Shown piece by piece: positions 9,245 through 19,422 of a stretch of 21,720 nt of DNA (positions are counted from its first letter, which is position 1; each line of letters opens with the position of its first letter). Below the pieces are notes generated by a model. It was given only the letters and a program-made list of their open reading frames with translations, searched no databases and had not been told where the DNA came from. Position numbers and translations under genes: made by a program. The DNA comes from Octopus sinensis. Lineage: Eukaryota. The stretch spans positions 1-21,720 of the forward strand of contig NW_021823690.1 in NCBI RefSeq assembly GCF_006345805.1, in the 5' to 3' direction.

Positions 9245-9521
9245 AACGGGTAGAAGAAGAGGAGAGAAAAGAAGCAGAGATTCTTCGCAAGAAAGAGCAA
9301 TCAAGTAGCACGGATAAAAGTAGTGGTGAGTCTAATAAGGTACCACAACCAGCATCATCCAAAACTCTTCTGAGTAAAAGATCAAAAACTCATGCTGGAT
9401 AGGATGCGGATAATCTAAATGTCTGACTATTGCCGACATTTTAAAGCAACCCAAGATTAAATAATTTCACACAAAGACATAGGAAAACGTTTTCAACTGA
9501 TAGGAACCGAATATCTCTATA
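9245..9521. repeat. Chimeric local duplication (direct copy of ~3606-3757 joined to inverted copy of ~5573-5698)
   Basis: 9245-9392 aligns with the transposase relic. 9394-9521 is the reverse complement of 5573-5698 with few mismatches. Confidence 0.9.
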
Positions 9522-9538
9522 TTGAACCAATCTCCCAC

Positions 9539-10000
9539 ACACCATGACGAACGTACCAGTAATTTCAAAGGGTAAACCTTGCCACATCCTGTGTTACGCT
9601 GAACCTCTCTGGGAACTACGTTATCATCATCATCATCATTGTTCGACCGTGGTCGAGACTTTCATAGTCTTTTCAAATGGCTAATAATGTGTGGGCGCGC
9701 CACTACTACACACATTGGAAAGTATTGTACAACCAAGTACTAAAGATCTTTCCTCCTCCATGAAACAAAGCTGTTCCCGCTGGACGTCAACCCAGTATTT
9801 CTAAGCTACGGACCGAGTGATTTATCGTAAGGTTATCTCCCTAGATAGATTGCCTTCACTACAGGTAAGGAGCCCTTTCTACCCCATATGGGCAAGCGTG
9901 TCGGTGGAGTGCTCAGCCACATACACGTTAATTTCATGAGCAGGCTGTTCCGTTGATCGCATCAGCTGGAATCCACGTCTTTGTAACTGACGGAGTACCA
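9539..10000 (+). mobile_element. 3' part of SINE family C, interrupted at 9624-9887
   Basis: 9565-9623 and 9888-10000 align contiguously with the reverse complement of 18110-18290. Confidence 0.8.
9624..9887 (-). mobile_element. Short non-autonomous retroelement (RTE-like) nested in SINE C
   Basis: It splits SINE C. The minus strand ends in the palindrome TCGACCACGGTCGA plus a (TGA)n tail. The 5' part GGCAATCTATCTAGGGAGATAACC resembles RTE 5' UTR motifs (from recall). Confidence 0.5.
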
Positions 10001-10078
10001 GATTTTGTTTTCGGCTTTTTTTAAATAAATTTCAGTAAATTAAGACTGTATTGAACAAGATATATGAGAGGATGAAAA

Positions 10079-10497
10079 AGGCGGCGAGCTGGCAGAAACG
10101 TTAGCACGCCGGGCGAAATGCTTAGCGCGGTATTTCGTCTGTCGTTACGTTCTGAGTTCAAATTCCGCCAAGGTCGACTTTGCCTTTCATCCTTTCGGGG
10201 GTCGATAAATAAAGTACCAGTTACGCACTGGGGTCGATGTAATCGGCTTAATCCCGTTGTCTGTCCTTGTTTGTCCCCTCTGTGTTTAGCCCCTTGTGGG
10301 CAATAAAGAAATAGGTATTTCGTTTGCCGTTAGGTTCTGAGTTCAAATTCAACCGAGGTAGACTTTGCCTTTCATCCTTTCGGGGTCGATAAATAAAGTA
10401 CCAGTTACGCACTGGGGTCGATGTAATCGGCTTAATCCCGTTGTCTGTCCTTGTTTGTCCCCTCTGTGTTTAGCCCCTTGTGGATAGTAAAGAAATA
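10079..10497 (+). mobile_element. SINE family B head-to-tail dimer (full 10079-10313; 5'-truncated 10314-10497)
   Basis: GGCGGCGAGCTGGCAGAA head, GAGTTCAAATTCC B box, central GTCGACTTTGCCTTTCATCCTTTCGGGGTCGATAAA domain, and tail GCCCCTTGTGGGCAATAAAGAAATA. The two units are nearly identical. Confidence 0.92.
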
Positions 10498-10921
10498 TAT
10501 GAGGGGATGAGAAAGAGCATACGTGTTTGTGTATAGTCGACACGTTGGTTTTTTTATTAAGATATCGAATGATGAACTTGAAACCTTAACAGTGAGTATT
10601 GAACAACGTGTTGGTAGGACGCATCGGGACTTTTATCTCCCTTTGTTTTACCTGTTGATTGAAGGGTATGAATCATAAAGAGGATGTGACGGTGCAGCAG
10701 GAGGAGGACGAGGAGGCGGAAGATGATGGCGACGAGGAGAGACGGTGAGATGTAAAAAAGTCTTTGTTGAAAAGCAGAATATAATGGGGGAGTAAAACAA
10801 GTGGAGAGCAAGAAGGGTGGATGAGAAGCGGGGTGGAGGAGAGGAGGAGAAGAAAGAGGTGGAGAGGGTGAGAAGAGACTCTGGCGACGGCGACGGCGGC
10901 GGAGGCGACGGTGACGACGGG

Positions 10922-11521
10922 GACGGTGGAGGCAATGACGGTGGAGGCGCTGACGGTGGCGGCAATGACGGTGGCGGCGCTGACGGTAGCGGCGCTAACG
11001 GTAGCGGCGCTGACGGTGGCGGCAATGACGGTGGCGGCGCTGACGGTGGCGGCGCTGACGGTGGCGTCGCTGACGGTGGCGGCGCTGACGGTGGCGGTGC
11101 TGACGGTGGCGGCGCTGACGGTGGCGGCGCTGACGGTGGCGGCACTAACGGTGGGGGTGCTGACGGTGGTGGCAATGACGGTGGCGGCAATGACGGTGGC
11201 GACGCTGACGGTGGCGGTGCTGACGCTGGCGGCGCTGACGGTGACGGCACTAACGGTGGCGGTGCTGACGGTGGCGGCAATGACGGTGGCAGTGCTGACG
11301 GTGGCGGTGCTGATGGTGGCGGCAATGACGGTGGCGGCAATGACGGTGGCGGTGCTGACGGTGGCGGCGCTGACGGTGGCGGCACTAACGGTGGCGGTGC
11401 TGACGGTGGCGGCAATGACGGTGGCGACGCTGACGGTGACGGTGCTGACGGTGGCGGCGCTGACGGTGGCGGCGCTGACGGTGGCGGCGCTGACGGTGGC
11501 GGCGCTGACGGCGGCGGCATC
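10922..11521. repeat. GC-rich minisatellite, 40 x 15 bp, consensus GACGGTGGCGGCGCT
   Basis: Exact 15-bp phase from 10922 to the last unit at 11507 (585 = 39 x 15) with no indels. It is preceded by irregular GGC/GAC triplets (10883-10921). Confidence 0.97.
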
Positions 11522-11673
11522 CTCTAGATTCCATATTGCCATACTTCATGAATATTCCGTCGTTATTTCCTCCTCCATAATTTCAGAATTAAGTACACTT
11601 AATAATTTCTCCCTTGCACTTAATGAACCGATCTTTTAATCATGCTGTTCTCTTTAATGTCTGCCGAACACAA

Positions 11674-11709
11674 TCATCATCATCATCATCACTATTATTA
11701 TTATTATTA

Positions 11710-11742
<33 letters not shown>

Positions 11743-11770
11743 CATCATTATTATTATCATTATTATTATT
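11674..11770. repeat. (ATC)n/(ATT)n microsatellite
   Basis: Directly visible. Confidence 0.95.
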
Positions 11771-11984
11771 AAGGCGGCGAGTTAGCAGAAACGTTAGCAC
11801 GCCGGGCGAAATGCTTTGCGGTATTTCGTCTGCCGCTACGTTCTGAGTTCAAATTCCGCCGAGATCGACTTTGTCTTTCATCCTTTCGGGGTCGATAAAT
11901 TAAGTACCTGTTGAGTCCAGGATTCGATGTAATCGACTTAACCCATACCCTCAAATGTCAGGCCTTATACCTATAATAGAAAGG
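11771..11984 (+). mobile_element. SINE family B, alternative tail (…CAGGCCTTATACCTATAATAGAAAGG)
   Basis: Head and body align with 10079-10255. The tail aligns with the minus-strand copies at 12981 and 13200. Confidence 0.9.
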
Positions 11985-12311
11985 TTTGAGAGTAGAAAGG
12001 GAAGTGCTGTCACGTAGCAAATTTATTGAAAGGTGGGTGAATATCCGAAGAATGGCCAGTATGAACAGACCAATTCTGAGGATACACCAGTTAAAAAGAA
12101 CGGCCCCCGTGGCTTTTATGAGTTTTTCCACGAGTAACCTTTCGAAGCACCTCACCCTATTGGGAGTTTTTACTTGTTATATTTTCGTTGTTATCTTGCA
12201 TTTTTACACGGACTTTTCAAACGGACAAAACCCTTTTTGTAACTTTCGTCCTGTATTTTGTCCTTACATGTTTTATTTGATTTTTGTTAGCCCTTGTGGC
12301 CAATAAACAAA
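11985..12311 (+). mobile_element. 3' end of L1/Tx1-like LINE (ORF2 C-terminus plus 3' UTR)
   Basis: LRVEREVLSRSKFIERWVNIRRM resembles the F-x-x-R-W C-terminus of L1/Tx1 ORF2. A T-rich UTR follows and ends GCCCTTGTGGCCAATAAACAAA. Confidence 0.65.
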
Positions 12312-12314
12312 TTA

Positions 12315-12346
<32 letters not shown>

Positions 12347-12707
12347 GATGATGATTAGAAAGAGTTGTTGTTATTTGTGTTATTGTATTTACCACAAAAA
12401 AAAACATGTCTCGAAGTAGCTTCTACTTCGCTTGAACAATACTGTCTATTCTCTAACCCAATCTTGGATTGATTTTAATTAATATTGATGTTGTAACTGT
12501 TGTTGTTACTGTTTTACCAGGGAAGAGAAGAATAGCTTCATTGTGATGCAGTCCGCCTCCACCACCCGAACACCGAACACCGCCGGTGTAAGGATTTCAA
12601 GACCCTGTTTCAAGTTACATTCCGATAATCTGAAATCGGTTTCATATTACCCAATAAAGTCTTAAACCCGAGCTTGAGATCTGGACCTGGTGACGTATGC
12701 TTTTGCC

Positions 12708-12930
12708 GTACTACTGCCGCTGCTGCTACTACTATTACTACTACTACTACTACTACTATACTGCTGCTGCTGCTGCTGCTGCTACAACTACCACTACCTA
12801 TACTACTGCTGCTGTTACTTCTACCATCATCATCACCGTCGCCATCACCTCAGCTACCTGTCGTTACTACTGCTACTACTACAATTACCATTGCTGCTTC
12901 TACTACTACTAATAATAATAATGATAATAA
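12708..12930. repeat. Compound (CTA)n/(CTG)n/(CAT)n/(AAT)n trinucleotide repeat
   Basis: Directly visible; explains the three overlapping ORFs at 12674-12944. Confidence 0.95.
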
Positions 12931-12931
12931 T

Positions 12932-12975
12932 TAGCCGCTGTTAAATGACTGCAACAAGTAAAAGAATAAAAGAAA
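12932..12975 (+). mobile_element. Extreme 3' tail fragment of SINE A or its partner LINE
   Basis: TAGCCGCTGTTAAATGACTGCAACAAGTAAAAGAATAAAAG resembles the SINE A terminus. Confidence 0.6.
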
Positions 12976-12980
12976 TAAAA

Positions 12981-13843
12981 CCCTTTCTACTATAGGCACA
13001 AGGCCTGAAATTTGAGGGGAGGGGGCTAGTCTATCACATCGACCCCAGTACTTAACTGGTACTTATTTCATTGACTCCGAAAGGATGAAAAAGCAAAGTC
13101 GACCTCGGCGGAATTTGAACTCGGAACGTACAGAAGAACGAAATGCCGCTATTTAGCTCGGCGTGCTAACGATTCTGCCAGCTCACCACCTTCATAATAA
13201 TCCTTTCTATTGAAGGCGCAGGCCCTTGAAATTTTGAGGGAGGGCACTAGTGGATTACATCCACCCCCAATGTTTCACTGGTACTTTAATTCATCGACCC
13301 TAATGAATGAAAGGCAAAAGTCGACCTCAACGGAATTTGAACTCAGAATGTAAGAATGGACGAAATGCCGGAAAGCATTTTGCCCGGCCTGCTAACGATT
13401 CTTATTTCTTTATTGCCCACAAGGGGCTAAAACATAGAGGGGATAAACAAGGACAGAGAAAGGGATTAAGTCGATTAAATCGACTCCAGTGCGTAACTGG
13501 TACTTAATTTATCGACCCCGAAAAGATGAAAGGCTAAGTCGACCTCGGTGAAATTTGAACTGAGAACGTAGAGACAAACGAAATACCGCAAAGCTTTTCG
13601 CCCGGCGAGCTAACGTTTCTTCTTTCTTTATTGCCCACAGGGGGCTAAACATATAGGGGACAGACAAAGGGATTAAGTCGATTACATCGCCTCCAGTGCG
13701 TAACTGGTATTTAATTTATCGACCCCGAAAGGATAAAAAGCATAGTCGACCTCGGCGGAATTTGAACTCAGAACGTAACGGCAGACGAAATACGGGTAAG
13801 CATTTTGCCCCGCGTGCTGACGTTTCTACCAGCTCGCCGCCTT
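12981..13843 (-). mobile_element. Array of four SINE B copies (12981-13192, 13200-13401, 13402-13620, 13621-13843)
   Basis: Each aligns with 10079-10313 in reverse complement. The two middle copies lack the first ~16 nt of the head. Two tail types are present. Confidence 0.92.
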
Positions 13844-14391
13844 CAGAATAATAATAATAATACTTCTGCTACTGGTACAACCACTACCACTGCTGCTGGT
13901 ACATGCTTTGAGAGAGAGAGAGTGATTTGAAAACGTATGTCGTAAGATCAAATTACCTTCCACCCAGCTACCATCCCTTCTACGCCGAGGTAACATAAAA
14001 TCGATTTCATCCAACCCCTTCCGGTCATCTGAGCACAGTTTCAAGGTGAAGCGAGGGTAATCTTAAATTGCAACACCGGTTTGAGAAAAGAAATGTTAAT
14101 TGTTCTTTTGTTTCAGCCTTTACTGTGAGATATTCATTTCAAAATGGCTGTCGTAGTCATGGTGTCGTAGAAGGTTTCACAAAATGACGGTGGCCAACTT
14201 CCTTCTACGGAAGACCTGAAAGGAAATACGTATAATATATGGACTGGGAACTCTGCTATTAATTGCAACAATTCTTTCTATTACATTTTTTTTATTCCTA
14301 CATATTTATTTATTTATTTATTTATTTATGCACGTCCATCATTGGACAGTTCTCTTGTAGCATCATTCATCTTTATCTTATATATTTTCGC

Positions 14392-14610
14392 TTTCGCTTG
14401 CTTCAGTCATTGGACTGCGGCCATGCTAGACCGCCACCTTGAAGGGTTTAAATCGATCAAATCGACCCAAGAGCTTATTTTTTTTTAAAGTCTGGTTATC
14501 GCTCTGTTGCACTCTTTTGCTGATCCACTAAGTTACACGAACATAAACAAACAAACTCTGGTTGTCAAGTAGTGGATGGACAAACAGCATCACAAAGACA
14601 GCCACGCTCA

Positions 14611-14642
<32 letters not shown>

Positions 14643-14866
14643 TCACAACACAATACACATATATCACACACGTGCGCGCACACAGACATACATATAGACA
14701 GGCAGATAGATAGATGATGGACTTCCACACAGTTTTCGTTTACTAAATTCACTTACAAGACATTGATCAGCCTAGGGTTATAGTAAGAGATACTCACCCA
14801 AGACGCAGCGCTGTGGGACTGAACTTGAAATCGAGTGGTTCCAAAGCGAGTTTGTTAACCGCCAGG
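14392..14866 (-). mobile_element. Old, diverged SINE family A copy
   Basis: TTCAGTCATTGGACTGCGGCCATGCT tail, central microsatellite, and CCCAAG...GTGGGACTGAAC head region. Confidence 0.8.
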
Positions 14867-15159
14867 TTTTCTTCCTCCCTATGAGATATTGCATAGTTCC
14901 TCGTTCGACTTTTCTTCGTTTCTGGAAAAGGGCCTCTGTCAGTAGCCCCCATGACCTTATCTCGTTGCATTTTGAGAATGTCAGAAACGAGATAGAGATA
15001 AGGAGACAAAGAAAGAGAGAGAGGGGTGTATACAACAGAGAAAGAAGGAAAGCGATTCGAAATCAGAGTAAAGGGAATTGCAACGAATACTGCCGAGTAA
15101 TTCTATTTTGCGTTTTAACGATTCCTCCAATCTGTTATTTTTTTAAGACCTTAATACAT

Positions 15160-15266
15160 AATTGATATTTTATTTACCTACCACCAGGAAATTAACTCAG
15201 GGACCAAGTACAGTTAGCCCAATGTATTTTATCCAATGCTCTTACGACTGCGCTAATTCGCTGCCT
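15160..15266 (-). mobile_element. Highly decayed SINE B-like remnant
   Basis: GGAAATTAACTCAG and CTAATTCGCTGCCT resemble the B box and head in reverse complement. Confidence 0.4.
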
Positions 15267-15453
15267 GTGAGCTTTAAGGATTTCTTATAGAACTCGACGT
15301 TTAGATACACAATATATACAGGAAGGAAAACAAAAATCGTGCAAGCAGCGACTAACGAGATCATCAGATGCATTTCGGTTTCGGTGGGCTGTGCTAATGG
15401 CGTGCAATCCTAGTCGAGCACGTGATTTAACGAGATTCTACGCTTCCGATATA

Positions 15454-15851
15454 TCTTTATATATAAAAGTAAGGTTGTGTGTCTGTCTCCTACGATTTAG
15501 GTTCCTAACTACTCCCACATTTTGCGGTGCAGTTTAACCAAAACCGGGTATCTTATAGTCGTGATTTATATCGAGCCCTTCTGGGTATTAGCGCGCGTCT
15601 ACGATGAGTCTACGATTTAAAAAAAAATTTACCATCATTTTTTCCATTTTAATGCATTTTTTTCGCTATTATATAAGGGAAGTAACTCTCTAAAAATGTC
15701 TACGATGAGTCAACGATTTAAAAAAAAATTTACTATCATTTTTTTTTCCATTTTTAATGCATTTTTTGCTATTTTTTGGCTATAACTCTCTAAAAATGCT
15801 TATATAGTTATTTCCCTTCCAAACCCGAGCAACGCCGGGCGATACTGCTAG
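15454..15851 (+). mobile_element. Non-autonomous Helitron (398 bp)
   Basis: It has a 5' TC (TCTTTATATATAAAA), a subterminal hairpin CCCGAGCAACGCCGGG (15824-15839) and a 3' CTAG. It is inserted between A15453 and T15852 with no TSD. There is an internal ~100-bp tandem duplication (15597-15697 / 15698-15797). Confidence 0.88.
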
Positions 15852-16106
15852 TATATATATAAAAAAACAGTGAAAAACACTTGCTGGTATTGCGAATAGC
15901 CGCTCAACTGAATAAAAATATCTTATATGCAATAAAATCATTCCCTTGCATATATATATTGTGTTTCTGATGACAGTACGTCCTTAGATGTTACCTCTGT
16001 ATGAATACCACAGTAACTTTGCCTGTCACGATGCATACATGGTCATATTTTTTATTTTATATTGTTCCTATTTAATATAACTGAATTATATATTTCCATA
16101 AACACT

Positions 16107-16793
<687 letters not shown>

Positions 16794-17199
16794 CTGTTAC
16801 CAGCATACGACTTCGCAATAAAAATATATTGAATATAATAACATTTCATCGCATTTATCGAAACCTTAGACCAAAAACAATCAGACTACTGAATATCACA
16901 GACAAAAACCTATATACGTATTCTCCTATGTAACACAATCTGATTTTATGTATTCATTCACTTATTTATATATTGCTAACGGACAAAAAAAAAGAATTGC
17001 AGATGAAATCTTCTGCAACTCTAAGAAAAAAAAAATTGGAAGAAATTGCAACATATTCAACAAAAAATATGCAAGAATTAAATAAAATTAACGCCGGATT
17101 ACAAAAACCATTATGAATCGCTTTACTGGTATCCATTATATTATATCTCTACATTCTATCTTAATTCTTTTGGTTCGATATCACATTACTAGTGATTCG

Positions 17200-17380
17200 A
17201 ATGTTGTTGTTGACGTTGTTGTTGTTGATACTGTTGTTGTTTAAATTTCGTTGTTGTGTTCTTGTGGTTGTTCTTACTGTTACTGCTACTCCTGTGATTT
17301 TGGCTTCTGTTGTTGTTTCATTATTTATTATTTATTATTATTATTATTACTATTATTATTATTATTATTAGCAGTAGTAT

Positions 17381-17418
<38 letters not shown>

Positions 17419-17579
17419 TAGTAGTAGTAGTAGTATCCGATTTGATTTGAATTTTATTTCATCTTCCGACCTAAGGCACGTATATATTAGATGGAAAGAA
17501 ACTTTCTATTATTATTATTATTATTATTATTATTATCATTATTATTATTATTATTATTACTATTATTATTATCATTATT
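17200..17579. repeat. (GTT)n, (ATT)n, (AGT)n trinucleotide tracts
   Basis: Directly visible. Confidence 0.9.
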
Positions 17580-17594
17580 GTGATAACAGGTTTA

Positions 17595-17806
17595 TGGCGG
17601 CGAACTGGCAGAATCGTTACCGCACCGGAAAAAATGGCTCTCGGCATTTTTTCCATTTCAACATTCTGAGTTCAATTTCCGCTGTGGTTGACTATACCTT
17701 TCATCCTTTCGTGATCTATAAAAAAAGTACCAGTTGAGCAATGGAATCAATGTAATCGACTTACCTCTCCCCAACAATTCCTGGCATTGTACCAACATTT
17801 AAAATC
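17595..17806 (+). mobile_element. SINE family B (diverged)
   Basis: GGCGGCGAACTGGCAGAATCGTTA head, TCTGAGTTCAATTTCC B box, and central domain. Confidence 0.85.
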
Positions 17807-17828
17807 GTTATTATTACGATAGAGATAA

Positions 17829-17947
17829 AGGCAGCGAGCTGGGAAAATCGTTAGCACGCCAGGCGAAATGCTTAGCAGTATTTCGTCTCTTGCTACGTTC
17901 TGAGTTCAAATTCCTTCGAGGTCGATTTTGCCTTTCATTCTATCGGA
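17829..17947 (+). mobile_element. SINE family B, 3'-truncated
   Basis: Aligns with 10079-10198. Confidence 0.88.
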
Positions 17948-18109
17948 TATATACGAGTTAGCCTTCTCCCAGAGGGATGCCTTGAAAAAGGCCAGAGGTC
18001 TCTCATTTCCAGTGAGCTTACTGCATCCTCAGACACCAACTCGAGTATTTCTACATCCTGATGCAAACATACATAAATAAATATTCCTTCTCGAACCCAG
18101 ATTATGGAA

Positions 18110-18487
18110 GCACTCCGTCGGTTACGACGATGAGGGTTCCGGTTGATCCGAATCAACGGAACAGCCTGCTCGTGAAATTAACGTGCAAGTGGCCGAGCAC
18201 TCAACAGACACGTGCACCCCTAACGCAGTTCTCGGGGATATTCAGCGTGACACAGAGAGTGACAAGGCCGGCCCCTTGAAATACAGGTACAACAGAAACA
18301 GGAAGTAAGAGTGAGAGAAAGTTGTGGTGAAAGAGTACAGCAGGGATCACCACCATCCCCTGCCGGAGCCTCGTGGAGCTTTTTATGTGTTTTCGCTCAA
18401 TAAACACTCACAACGCCCGGTCTGGGAATCGAAACCGCGATCCTATCTATGACCGCGAGTCCGCTGCCCTAACCACTGGGTCATTGC
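18110..18487 (-). mobile_element. tRNA-derived SINE family C, near full length
   Basis: Minus strand: GCAATGACCCAGTGGTTAGGGCAGCGGACTCGCGGTC (A box, tRNA-like) ... GGTTTCGATTCCC (B box). The tail matches 9888-10000. Confidence 0.88.
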
Positions 18488-18545
18488 AACCCAGAACCAT
18501 GTGGTTCGTAAACAAGCTACTTACCACACAGCCACTCCTACGCCT
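18488..18545 (-). mobile_element. SINE family A head fragment abutting SINE C
   Basis: Aligns with 3409-3463. Confidence 0.85.
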
Positions 18546-19131
18546 GCTGTGAATTATTTTCTCAGGAGGTGAAATTGGATGACCAAGCATAATCTTATAT
18601 AATGCAGCTTCATTACGTGAATGTCCTCGGTTATATTTCGTGAGAGCTAATCTAGGACATCCTTATACAATGCGGTGTATTGTTACACCATACAAGCGAC
18701 ATTTATCATCAATACTGTAAGAGATCTTAGACGCTCTCTCTCTTTCTCTCTCTGTCTCTGTCTCTGTCTGTGTCTCTCTCTCCCTTCCTCTCTGCCTCTC
18801 TTTCTCTCTCTCTCAGTAATTGTTGTAATGATGATGATGGTGACTGTTCCTATATGTCAAATGTGGTTGATTCTGTTGACCAATTCGAGCTGGAATTGTT
18901 CACCAAGGCTAGAGCCTGCATGTACAGGCTCACACATATATGTGTATATATATGTACATATGTATGTCATATATATATACAACCTTATATATATACGTTT
19001 GTGTGTATATATATATATATATATAACTATGCTGGAGGAGTGTGTCCTCCTGGGGCTAAAAACTACAGTAGCATCCACCCTTAGGGGTTAGCCATATTGA
19101 AATGGCAAAAATACGTCACGGTATATATATA

Positions 19132-19231
<100 letters not shown>

Positions 19232-19361
19232 AATTAATTAGAGATAAAACCACTATTAGGCAAATCAGTGAAAAACATAAACCAAAACATAAAAATAAAT
19301 ATAATTAATAAATATACAAAATATATAAAATAAAAATTCAAAATTTTTATCTTTTATATAC

Positions 19362-19406
<45 letters not shown>

Positions 19407-19422
19407 TATATAGCGATATATT

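Noticed and set aside
10922-11521. CRISPR-like array
   Set aside because: Contiguous tandem units with no unique spacers, no cas genes, and a eukaryotic context.
10648-11639. Four long ORFs (236-290 aa) as a protein-coding gene
   Set aside because: They are open only because the 15-bp unit has no stop in those frames. There is no non-repetitive domain or clear splice context, so the region is kept as a repeat.
12521-12690. Possible exon (TTTTACCAG acceptor on plus; CCTG|GTAAAA donor on minus)
   Set aside because: Splice-like signals occur on both strands with short frames and no recognisable peptide, so there is insufficient support.
12674-12944. Poly-Thr/Leu/Tyr ORFs
   Set aside because: Trinucleotide microsatellite; all three frames are open for compositional reasons.
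18400-18487. tRNA gene (also the heads of SINE A and B copies)
   Set aside because: A and B boxes are present, but there is no complete cloverleaf and each continues into a SINE body.
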